Origin: Longivirga aurantiaca
GTDB lineage: Bacteria > Actinomycetota > Actinomycetes > S36-B12 > CAIYMF01
Reading direction: 5' to 3'
DNA: 32,000 bases
NCBI RefSeq assembly: GCF_042660085.1
Contig: NZ_JBHSTI010000008.1
Span: forward strand, 1,299,876-1,331,875
Of the stretch, positions 9,872-17,463 are shown in pieces. Below the pieces are notes generated by a model. The model did no database searches and was not told the DNA's origin. It saw only the letters and a list, made by a program, of their open reading frames with translations. Numbering within the stretch: the stretch's first letter is position 1; the number at the start of each line of letters is the position of its first letter. The translations under genes were made by a program, and so were the position numbers.

Positions 9872-10686
9872 CGCGATCCTTCCTTGCGGGCGGGTGCCTC
9901 GGCGAAACCCATGCGGCGGCTGATGGCGGCAGCCGCCTCGGTGACGGGGCGGACGTAGCGGCGCAGGGTCGCGCCCTCCATGCGGGTGAGCGGCCCGGCG
10001 ATCGACAGGGCGGCGACGACCGTTCCGCGCGTGTCGCGGATCGGGGCGGCGATCGAGGCGACGCCGACCTCGGACTCGTTCACGTTCTCGGCCCAGCCCT
10101 GGGAGCGGACGACGAGGAGCTGGGCGCGCAGCGTGGCCTGGTCCGAGATCGTGTACTGCGTCTTGCGCGGCAGCCGCCAGCCGGCCAGCAGCGCGTCGAG
10201 CTCCTCGGCGGGCAGGTGGGCGAGCAGCACCTTGCCGGTCGACGTCGCGTGGGCGTCGTTGCGGTGGCCGACGCGACCGAACAGCCGGATCGTCTGCGGG
10301 CTCTCCCGGCGCTCGACGTACACGACGTGCCGGCCGTCGAGCACCGCGATCTGCACGGTCTCCTTGGTGATGTTGCGCAGCTGCTCGATCACGGGGTTGG
10401 CCGCTGAGTGCAGGTCGATCGCCGACTGCACGCTGGTGCCGAGCTCGTGCATCGTGAGGGCGAGGCGGTAGGAGCCGGTCTCGGCATCCTGCTCGAGGAG
10501 CTTCTCGACGGTCAGCGTGTGCAGGAGCCGGTGGGTCGTGCTCTTGCCGAGGCCCAGCCGGCGCGACAGCTCGCTGACTCCGATCTCGCGGTCGCCCTTG
10601 CCGAACTCCTTGAGCAGGCGTGCGGCGTTGCTCACGCTGGCGAGGACCTGGGTGTCGCCCACGGGGCGGAGGTCGCGGTCCGACAC
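9868..10686 (-). CDS. IclR-family transcriptional regulator
   Basis: N-terminal HTH VSNAARLLKEFGKGDREIGVSELSRRLGLGKSTTHRLLHTLTVEKLLEQ, C-terminal effector domain AHLPAEELDALL...SIAAPIRDTRGTVVAALSIAGP. GTG start. Confidence 0.94.
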   Translation of the reverse strand: MSDRDLRPVGDTQVLASVSNAARLLKEFGKGDREIGVSELSRRLGLGKSTTHRLLHTLTVEKLLEQDAETGSYRLALTMHELGTSVQSAIDLHSAANPVIEQLRNITKETVQIAVLDGRHVVYVERRESPQTIRLFGRVGHRNDAHATSTGKVLLAHLPAEELDALLAGWRLPRKTQYTISDQATLRAQLLVVRSQGWAENVNESEVGVASIAAPIRDTRGTVVAALSIAGPLTRMEGATLRRYVRPVTEAAAAISRRMGFAEAPARKEGSR

Positions 10687-10687
10687 G

Positions 10688-11371
10688 TCAGCGCACCTCG
10701 GCGGGCGCGCGCAGGGCCGCTACGAGCGCGCGCCGCACGGCGGAGTCGTCGGCGGCGGGGTCCGCGCACACCGCGGCGAGCGAGGCGTCGTGGGGGGCGA
10801 GCTGCTGGGCGAGGAAGCGCACCGTCTGGTGCAGCCCGACGCGGTCCGCCACGGCGTACTCCTCGGCGAGCGTCGCCCGCGACCCGGCATGGGCCCTGAT
10901 CGTGTCGTGGTCGCGGAACACGGCGGCGTGCTGGTTGGCGAGCCCCGTGCCCGCGTGCTGCGCGTGGTGCGGCGTGAGGCCGCCGCCGGGGGAGACCGAC
11001 AGGTGGTAGACCACGTCCGGGACGCCGAGCACCTGGCGCACCTCCTCGGGTCGGGGGCCGTCCGACTCGTCGATGCCGCCGAGCCCGGGCGCGACGACCG
11101 GGTCGAAGAAGCGCAGGGTCCAGGTGAGGCCGTCGACCTCGTCGGCGATCTCGACCTCGGGGCCGTGCGGGGCCGGCAGCGGGCTCGTCGTGGCGAGCAC
11201 GTGCAGGTGCCGGACACCCACGGCGAGCACGGTCAGGTGGCTGCCGCGCAGCAGGGGGAGACCGGCCTGCTCGCCCACGGCCAGGTGCCGGGCCTGGTCG
11301 AGGTAGGCGCCGTGCAGCGCGGCCACGAACGAGGCCATCGCCTCCCGCATCTGTCCGGGGTCTGCGCTCAT
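10688..11371 (-). CDS. Hypothetical protein (227 aa) directly upstream of the IclR gene
   Basis: Reading frame MSADPGQMREAMASFVAALHGAYLDQARHLAVGE... Stop lies 1 nt from the IclR start. Putative leaderless start (TACCTT-N7-ATG). No recognised motif. The ORF-track start at 11494 would overlap the divergent gene. Confidence 0.65.
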   Translation of the reverse strand: MSADPGQMREAMASFVAALHGAYLDQARHLAVGEQAGLPLLRGSHLTVLAVGVRHLHVLATTSPLPAPHGPEVEIADEVDGLTWTLRFFDPVVAPGLGGIDESDGPRPEEVRQVLGVPDVVYHLSVSPGGGLTPHHAQHAGTGLANQHAAVFRDHDTIRAHAGSRATLAEEYAVADRVGLHQTVRFLAQQLAPHDASLAAVCADPAADDSAVRRALVAALRAPAEVR

Positions 11372-11392
11372 GGCGAGGAAGGTACGCCGATC

Positions 11393-11433
11393 CTGTCCCG
11401 CATGGCGGCACATCGGTCCACTGTGCGGGACAG
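11393..11433. promoter_or_regulatory. Divergent control region with 10-bp perfect inverted repeat CTGTCCCGCA-N21-TGCGGGACAG, candidate operator
   Basis: Arms 11393-11402 and 11424-11433, centred at 11413; midpoint between the two ATGs (11371 and 11454) is 11412.5. TACCTT hexamers at 11379-11384 (- strand) and 11441-11446 (+ strand) each sit 7 nt before their ATG. Confidence 0.7.
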
Positions 11434-11453
11434 CAACGCCTACCTTCCCGGCC

Positions 11454-12362
11454 ATGGGCATCCTGCGGCTCGGCCACGTCGACGTGACGGTCACCGACCT
11501 CGACCTCGCGACGGCCTACTACACCGAAGTGATGGGCATGATCGTCGTCGAGCGTGACGCCGACTCGGTCTACCTGAAGTGCTGGGACGAGGTGGACCAC
11601 CACTCCCTGCGCCTCGTCTACGCACCCCGGGTCGGCCTCGACCTGATGGCCTTCAAGGTCGAGCGCGAGGACGATCTCGCCGACCTCGAGAAGGCCGTGA
11701 ACCGCTACGGCTTCCCCGTGCAGCGGATCTCCAAGGGCGAGTCGGTCGGCCAGGGCGAGTCGATCCGGTTCGAGACGCCGTCGGGCCAGACGATGGAGCT
11801 GGTCCACGACGTCGAGAAGGTCGGCGGGCTCCTGCCGAAGATCAACCCGGCGCCGTTCGTGACGGGCGTCCCCGGCATCGCCCCGCCGCGCATGGACCAC
11901 CTGCTGGTCACGGCCGAGGAGGTCGGCGAGGCCACGACGTTCTACACGAGCGTCCTCGGCTTCCGGGTCACCGAGCAGCTGCTCGACGGCAACGGCCACC
12001 AGATCGGCACCTGGATGGAGCGGTCGTTCTCGCCGCACGACCTCGCGATCGTGTCCGGCCCCAACGGCGGCCTCCACCACTTCGCGTTCTGGCTCGACGA
12101 CTGGGAGTCGGTCCGCAAGGCCGCCGACACGCTGGCCTACAACGGCATCCAGATCGACGTGGGCCCGACGCGACACGGCGTGACGCGAGGCAGCACGATC
12201 TACTTCTTCGACCCGCTCGGCACCCGCAACGAGGTCTTCACGGGCGGCTACCGCCCCGACCCCGACTTCCCGACGATCACCTGGACCGAGGACAACATCG
12301 GCCGAGCCGTCTTCTACTACGAGGGCGAGCTCAACGAGCGCTTCATGAAGGTGCACACCTGA
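11454..12362 (+). CDS. Class I (VOC-fold) extradiol dioxygenase, catechol 2,3-dioxygenase-like, copy 1
   Basis: 302 aa; two VOC modules; probable metal ligands in RMDHLLVTAEE, GGLHHFAFW and GTRNEVFTGGY; C-terminus GRAVFYYEGELNERFMKVHT typical of catechol 2,3-dioxygenases. Confidence 0.93.
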   Translation: MGILRLGHVDVTVTDLDLATAYYTEVMGMIVVERDADSVYLKCWDEVDHHSLRLVYAPRVGLDLMAFKVEREDDLADLEKAVNRYGFPVQRISKGESVGQGESIRFETPSGQTMELVHDVEKVGGLLPKINPAPFVTGVPGIAPPRMDHLLVTAEEVGEATTFYTSVLGFRVTEQLLDGNGHQIGTWMERSFSPHDLAIVSGPNGGLHHFAFWLDDWESVRKAADTLAYNGIQIDVGPTRHGVTRGSTIYFFDPLGTRNEVFTGGYRPDPDFPTITWTEDNIGRAVFYYEGELNERFMKVHT

Positions 12363-13273
12363 TGACCATCCTGCGACTCAGCCACGTCGAGGTCCGCGTG
12401 CCCGACCTCGAGCTGGCAACGGCGTACTACTGCGAGGTCGTCGGCCTCATCGAGACCGCGCGCGAGAGCGAGCGGGTCTTCCTCAAGGGGTGGGACGAGC
12501 ACCAGCACCACTCGGTGGTGCTCACCTGGGAGCCGACGCACGGCCTCAACCACTTCGGGTTCAAGGTCACCGAGCTCGAGGACCTCGACCTGTACGCCGC
12601 GCGCCTCAAGGAGGCCGGCGTCGACGTCGTCCGCTACGGCCCCGACGAGTGGGCGCCGGGCCACGGCGAGGCGATCCGCTTCACCCTGCCGAGCGGCCAC
12701 TCGATGGAGCTCGTGCACGGCATGCAGCAGGTGGGCAACCTCCTGCCCCTCACCAACCCGCCGCCCAAGCCGCTGGGCCTTCCGGGCATCGCACCCCCGC
12801 GCATCGACCACATCTTCCTGACGGCCGAGGACGTCGGCGGCATGACCGACTTCTTCGTCGACGTGCTGGGCTTCCGCGTCACCGAGCAGGTCGTCGGCGA
12901 CGACGGCTTCCGCATCGCCACGTGGCTCGAGGTCTCGCACGCCAGCCACGACATCGCGTTGGTCACCGGCTCCAACGGCGGCCTGCACCACTTCGCGTGG
13001 GCGGTGGAGGACTGGACGGCGCTGCGCGACGCGGCGGACGTCTGCGCTTACCACGGCGTCCGGATCGAGACGAACCCGACGCGCCACGGGGCGACGCGCG
13101 GCCACTGCCTCTACTTCTTCGACCCCGTCGGCAACCGCAACGAGGTCTTCACGGGCGGCTACTGGGTCGACCCCGACAACGAGCCCACGATCTGGACCGA
13201 GGCGGAGATGGGTCGAGCCCTGTTCTGGTACGACGGAGTCGTCAACCAGAAGTTCCTGACGGTGCACACATGA
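12362..13273 (+). CDS. Class I (VOC-fold) extradiol dioxygenase, catechol 2,3-dioxygenase-like, copy 2
   Basis: 303 aa paralogue of the upstream gene; RIDHIFLTAEDVGG, GGLHHFAWAV, GNRNEVFTGGYW, GRALFWYDGVVNQKFLTVHT. Start overlaps the upstream stop (TGATG). Confidence 0.93.
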   Translation: MTILRLSHVEVRVPDLELATAYYCEVVGLIETARESERVFLKGWDEHQHHSVVLTWEPTHGLNHFGFKVTELEDLDLYAARLKEAGVDVVRYGPDEWAPGHGEAIRFTLPSGHSMELVHGMQQVGNLLPLTNPPPKPLGLPGIAPPRIDHIFLTAEDVGGMTDFFVDVLGFRVTEQVVGDDGFRIATWLEVSHASHDIALVTGSNGGLHHFAWAVEDWTALRDAADVCAYHGVRIETNPTRHGATRGHCLYFFDPVGNRNEVFTGGYWVDPDNEPTIWTEAEMGRALFWYDGVVNQKFLTVHT

Positions 13274-14355
13274 CCGCCGTGCAGGAGCCGACCACCGGCT
13301 CGGCCTTCCCGCGCACCGAGCGGCCCGACGCGCCGGCGTACCTCAGCCGCTACCTCGAGCGCACCGCTCGCACGGTGACCCGCGAGGAGGCGGAGGACGA
13401 GAGCACGCCGCTCTACCTGCGCCGGTTCCGCGAGCGCCGCGAGTCGACCGACCCGTTCGAGACCCCGGTCCCCACGTACGAGGGCCAGGAGCTCAACACC
13501 ACGCGCGGCTGGGCCGAGGTCACCCGCACGAAGGAGATCGTGCCCGAGCGCCGCGAGCAGGCGGCTCAGGCCACGACCGACATCTACTTCGTGCGCCACG
13601 GCGAGACGCAGGGCTACAGCTCGGAGTCGGGCCTCACACCGCTGGGCTCGTGGCAGGCGCACCGTCGCGGGCAGGAGCTCGCCCGTCGCGTGATGAACGG
13701 CCACACCGTGCGGCTCGCCTGCGCCGAGACCAACCGGGCCCGCCAGACCGCCGAGCACATCCGGCGCGGGTTGCTCGACGGCATGCAGCTGTTCGGTCGC
13801 GAGGCCACGGTCGGCGACATCGTCGGCTACCGCGAGTTCCAGAACTTCGCCGTGTCGACGCCCGAGGGCCTGCGCGACGTGACCTCGGCGTTCCGGCTCT
13901 ACGCCAAGGAGATAGAGGCGTACGAGCGGGTCTCGATGGGGGAGCGCCCGGGCTGGCTCGTGGAGATCGACCGTTTCTGGAAGATCCAGAACGCCGGCGG
14001 AGACCCGATCACCCACTGGCTGACCATGCCGCTCATGCACTTCGAGCCGCCGATCTCCTGCGTTCGCCGGTTCTGGGCCGGCCTGCTGCGGATCCACAAC
14101 GAGACGCCGGGCAACTCCGTCGTCGTCGCCACCCACTCCGGCCCGATCCGCGCCTTCGCCACCTGGGCGATGGGCTACGACCCGGGCGAGCCGTTCAACA
14201 CCGAGTTCGTGCGCGTCCGCCTCATCGACGGCGGAGTCACGGCGCTCGTGCTCTACCGCAACCGCGTCCAGGAGGTGCACGTGCCCGATCTCGAGGCACT
14301 GCCCAACTGGTGGACCGGCACCGCTACCGCGGCCGACGTCGCCGAGGGGATCTGA
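13270..14355 (+). CDS. Histidine phosphatase superfamily (phosphoglycerate mutase-like) protein with ~105 aa N-terminal extension
   Basis: 361 aa; TTDIYFVRHGETQGY (RHG motif near residue 110), CAETNRARQTAEHI, VVVATHSGPIRAF. ATGA overlap with the upstream gene. Confidence 0.88.
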   Translation: MTAVQEPTTGSAFPRTERPDAPAYLSRYLERTARTVTREEAEDESTPLYLRRFRERRESTDPFETPVPTYEGQELNTTRGWAEVTRTKEIVPERREQAAQATTDIYFVRHGETQGYSSESGLTPLGSWQAHRRGQELARRVMNGHTVRLACAETNRARQTAEHIRRGLLDGMQLFGREATVGDIVGYREFQNFAVSTPEGLRDVTSAFRLYAKEIEAYERVSMGERPGWLVEIDRFWKIQNAGGDPITHWLTMPLMHFEPPISCVRRFWAGLLRIHNETPGNSVVVATHSGPIRAFATWAMGYDPGEPFNTEFVRVRLIDGGVTALVLYRNRVQEVHVPDLEALPNWWTGTATAADVAEGI

Positions 14356-15446
14356 TGACGACCATCACCTGGTTCGAGAGCTACTGGGCCGGCATGAAGA
14401 GCGAGGTCGGCGGCAAGGCGGCCAGCCTCGGCGAGATGACGGGTGCCGGGCTCCCGGTGCCCCCCGGCTTCGCGATCACGACCTCGTCGTACCGACGTGC
14501 CCGTGACGAGTCGGACCTCGACGCGCAGATCGCACGTCTCCTGCACGGCCTCGACACGTCGAACACCGACATGGTCTCCGAGCGCTGCGCGAAGATCCGT
14601 CAGGCCATCGCCACGATGCCGATCCCGGAGGGCATCGAGCTGCAGATCCGGGGTGCCTACCTCGAGCTCGGCGCCCGGTTCGGCATGAAGGACGTGCCGG
14701 TCGCGGTGCGGTCGTCGGCGACGTCGGAGGACTCGCCCGACGCGTCGTTCGCCGGCGAGCACGACACGTACCTGTGGGTGCGCGGCGCCGAGGACGTCAT
14801 CGACGCCGTACGCCGCTGCTGGGCCAGCCTGTTCACCGACCGCGCCACCTGCTACCGCGTGGAGATGGGCTACGACCACCGCACGGTCGAGATGTGCGTG
14901 GTCATCCAGAAGATGGTGACGCCGAAGGCGGCCGGCGTGGCCTTCACGCTCGACCCGACCAACGGCGACCGCTCGCAGGTGGCCATCGACGCCGCGTGGG
15001 GGTTCGGCGAGGCGGTCGTGGCCGGCGAGGTCACGCCCGACAACTACCGCGTCGACAAGGTCATGCTCGACATCACCAAGCGCATCGTGAGCGAGAAGTC
15101 GCACGAGTACGTGCTCACCGACCACGACACGGTGGAGAAGGTCGAGACGACGCCCGAGCGGGCGTCGGCGCCGTGCCTGACCGACACCGAGATCAAGGCC
15201 ATCACCAAGCTCGCCAAGACGGCAGAGCGCCACTACGGCTGCCCGCAGGACATCGAGTGGGCAGTCGACCTCGACCTGCCCGAGGGCGACAACATCATCC
15301 TGCTCCAGTCCCGGCCCGAGACCTTCTGGAGCAAGAAGGGGCCCACCACGGTGATCGAACCGGGCACCAAGTCGGGCGACTTCATGTCGAGCATCGTCTC
15401 GACGCTGATGTCGCCGCTGCACACGAAGGGGGCGGACGGTTCCTGA
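14355..15446 (+). CDS. PEP-synthase-like dikinase subunit, ATP-grasp/PEP-pyruvate-binding domain only
   Basis: 363 aa; SEVGGKAASLGEMTGAGLPVPPGFAIT, VPVAVRSSATSEDSPDASFAGEHDTYL, VVIQKMVTPKAAGVAFTLDPTNGD, AAWGFGEAVVAGEVTPDNY, DIEWAVD...IILLQSRPET. The C-terminal swivelling His domain is absent and supplied by the next gene. TGATG junction. Confidence 0.94.
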   Translation: MTTITWFESYWAGMKSEVGGKAASLGEMTGAGLPVPPGFAITTSSYRRARDESDLDAQIARLLHGLDTSNTDMVSERCAKIRQAIATMPIPEGIELQIRGAYLELGARFGMKDVPVAVRSSATSEDSPDASFAGEHDTYLWVRGAEDVIDAVRRCWASLFTDRATCYRVEMGYDHRTVEMCVVIQKMVTPKAAGVAFTLDPTNGDRSQVAIDAAWGFGEAVVAGEVTPDNYRVDKVMLDITKRIVSEKSHEYVLTDHDTVEKVETTPERASAPCLTDTEIKAITKLAKTAERHYGCPQDIEWAVDLDLPEGDNIILLQSRPETFWSKKGPTTVIEPGTKSGDFMSSIVSTLMSPLHTKGADGS

Positions 15447-15478
15447 CCGGCTGTCCGTAGCACGTCGCACCACAACCG

Positions 15479-15499
15479 CGACCGCGCGCTGCGCGGTCG
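15479..15499. other. Intergenic hairpin CGACCGCGC-GCT-GCGCGGTCG (9-bp perfect stem, 3-nt loop) between the two dikinase subunit genes
   Basis: Direct reading. Followed by AGAAGGAGA RBS before ATG 15543. Confidence 0.75.
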
Positions 15500-15542
15500 T
15501 CCACCCCAGTGAAGACCCGCAAGGGTTCTAGAAGGAGACCGC

Positions 15543-17354
15543 ATGGCTGGGTTCCCGCTCCCGTCGGAGATCACCACTCCGCCCGGCGCCGAAGGCTGGC
15601 AGGAGCTGTACGCGTACTCGTCGACGTGCAGCCCCGCGCGCGCCGAGTACGAGGACTCGATGTTCTGGTTCCAGGACGGCGTGCACTGGCCGAAGGCCCT
15701 GCTGCCGTGGGACGCCTCCCTCATGGAGGTGGCGATCACGGCGCTGTCGCAGTACAACACGCGTCACCTGCTCGTCCCGCCGGCCAACGGCATCGACTTC
15801 CGCATCGTGAACGGCTACACCTACCTGTCGCCGGTGCCAGCCCCGGAGGCCGACATCCCCGCCCGCGCCGAGCAGTTCATGCAGCGCGCAGGCCACTACT
15901 TCATGAACTGGAACGACCTCTACGACAACTGGCTCGTCAAGATCCGCGACCTGGTCAAGGAGATGGAGGGCATCACCTTCGAGACCCTCCCGGACGTCGA
16001 GCCCATGGAGGTCGTCACCTCCGGAGCGGGCAAGGGCGCGGGCGGCGCGCTGCAGGCCAACTACCTGCACCTGCTCACGTCGGCCAGCACCCTGTGGCAG
16101 TACCACTTCGAGTTCCTCAACCTGGGCTACGCCGCCTACCTGGACTTCTTCGGCTTCTGCAAGCAGGCGTTCCCCGGCATCTCCGACCTCGCCATCGCCA
16201 AGATGGTGGCCGGCGTCGAGGTCGACCTGTTCCGTCCGGACGAGGAGCTCAAGCGCCTCGCCCGCATGGCCGTCGACACCGGCATCACCGATGCCTTCAA
16301 GATCGGCGACGTCGAGGGCACGTGCGAGGCGCTGCGCGCCAAGGGCGACGCCGGTCAGGCCTGGATCTCCTCGTTCCAGCAGTCGGCCGAGCCGTGGTTC
16401 AACTTCTCGACCGGATCGGGCTTCTCGAGCCAGGACAAGATCTGGATCGAGAACGTCGAGATCCCGTTCGACTTCATCAAGAACTACATCGACAACCTCC
16501 AGAAGGGCGACGACATCAACCGCCCGACGGAGGCGATCTCGGCCGAGCGCGACCGCATCGTGTCGGAGTACGTCGCCCTGCTCGGCTCGGACGAGGACCG
16601 CGAGGCCTTCAACGGCAAGCTCGGCCTCGCCCGCGTGGTGTTCCCCTATGTCGAGAACCACAACTTCTACGTCGAGCACTGGAGCCACTCGGTCATCTGG
16701 CGCAAGATGAAGGAGCTCGGCGCGATCTTCGCGAAGGAGGGCTTCCTCGCGGACGCCGGCGACATCTTCTTCATGAAGCGCCACGAGATCCCGGACGCGC
16801 TGTTCGACCTCTACCACTCGTGGGCGGCGCCCGCGGTGGCGGCAGGCCCGTCGTACTGGCCGGGGATCATCGCCAGGCGCAAGTCGATCCACTCGGCGCT
16901 CAGCGACTGGAAGCCGACCCCGGCCCTCGGCTCGCCGCCGGAGGTCGTCACCGAGCCCCTCACGATCATGCTGTGGGGCATCACGTCCGACTCGATCGCC
17001 AACTGGCTCGGCGGCGGTGCGAGCGAGGACGGCTCCCTCAACGGCATGGCGGCCTCGCCCGGTGTCGAGGAGGGCCCGGCCCGCGTCATCTTCGGGCCCG
17101 ACCAGATCAACGAGGTGCAGGACGGCGAGATCCTCGTCGCCCCGCTCACCGCGCCGAGCTGGGCGCCGATCTTCGGCAAGATCAAGGCGACCGTCACGGA
17201 CACCGGCGGCATGATGAGCCACGCCGCCATCGTGTGCCGCGAGTACGGCCTCCCGGCGGTGACCGGTACGGGCTTCGCCACGTCGCTCATCACGACCGGC
17301 ATGAGGATCCGCGTCGACGGGTCCAACGGCAAGGTCACGATCCTGGACGACTAA
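15543..17354 (+). CDS. PEP-utilising-enzyme swivelling-His domain subunit of a split dikinase, probable aryl phosphotransferase subunit
   Basis: 603 aa. C-terminal PEP-utilising signature TDTGGMMSHAAIVCREYGLPAVTGTG near residue 560 preceded by GSLNGMAASPGVEEGPARVI; ~500 aa Trp/aromatic-rich N-terminal region. RBS GAAGGAG. Confidence 0.92.
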   Translation: MAGFPLPSEITTPPGAEGWQELYAYSSTCSPARAEYEDSMFWFQDGVHWPKALLPWDASLMEVAITALSQYNTRHLLVPPANGIDFRIVNGYTYLSPVPAPEADIPARAEQFMQRAGHYFMNWNDLYDNWLVKIRDLVKEMEGITFETLPDVEPMEVVTSGAGKGAGGALQANYLHLLTSASTLWQYHFEFLNLGYAAYLDFFGFCKQAFPGISDLAIAKMVAGVEVDLFRPDEELKRLARMAVDTGITDAFKIGDVEGTCEALRAKGDAGQAWISSFQQSAEPWFNFSTGSGFSSQDKIWIENVEIPFDFIKNYIDNLQKGDDINRPTEAISAERDRIVSEYVALLGSDEDREAFNGKLGLARVVFPYVENHNFYVEHWSHSVIWRKMKELGAIFAKEGFLADAGDIFFMKRHEIPDALFDLYHSWAAPAVAAGPSYWPGIIARRKSIHSALSDWKPTPALGSPPEVVTEPLTIMLWGITSDSIANWLGGGASEDGSLNGMAASPGVEEGPARVIFGPDQINEVQDGEILVAPLTAPSWAPIFGKIKATVTDTGGMMSHAAIVCREYGLPAVTGTGFATSLITTGMRIRVDGSNGKVTILDD

Positions 17355-17368
17355 GGGCACACTGTCCC

Positions 17369-17397
17369 GCCTGGGGGGCCGGATCGGCCCCCCAGGC
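17369..17397 (+). terminator. GC-rich hairpin GCCTGGGGGGCC-GGATC-GGCCCCCCAGGC, candidate intra-operon attenuator or processing site
   Basis: 12-bp perfect stem in the 109-nt gap between the dikinase swivelling subunit and Rieske oxygenase genes; no U-tract. Confidence 0.6.
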
Positions 17398-17463
17398 CGG
17401 ATGCTCCGTCAGACTTCTTCCCAGCACTTCCCCAGCACCGCCGCAGCACACCGGAGGAACCGC

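Noticed and set aside
10632-12356. 574-aa minus-strand ORF across the divergent promoter and extradiol gene
   Set aside because: Antisense artefact; it would cover the IclR/hypothetical boundary, the promoter and the well-supported + strand dioxygenase.
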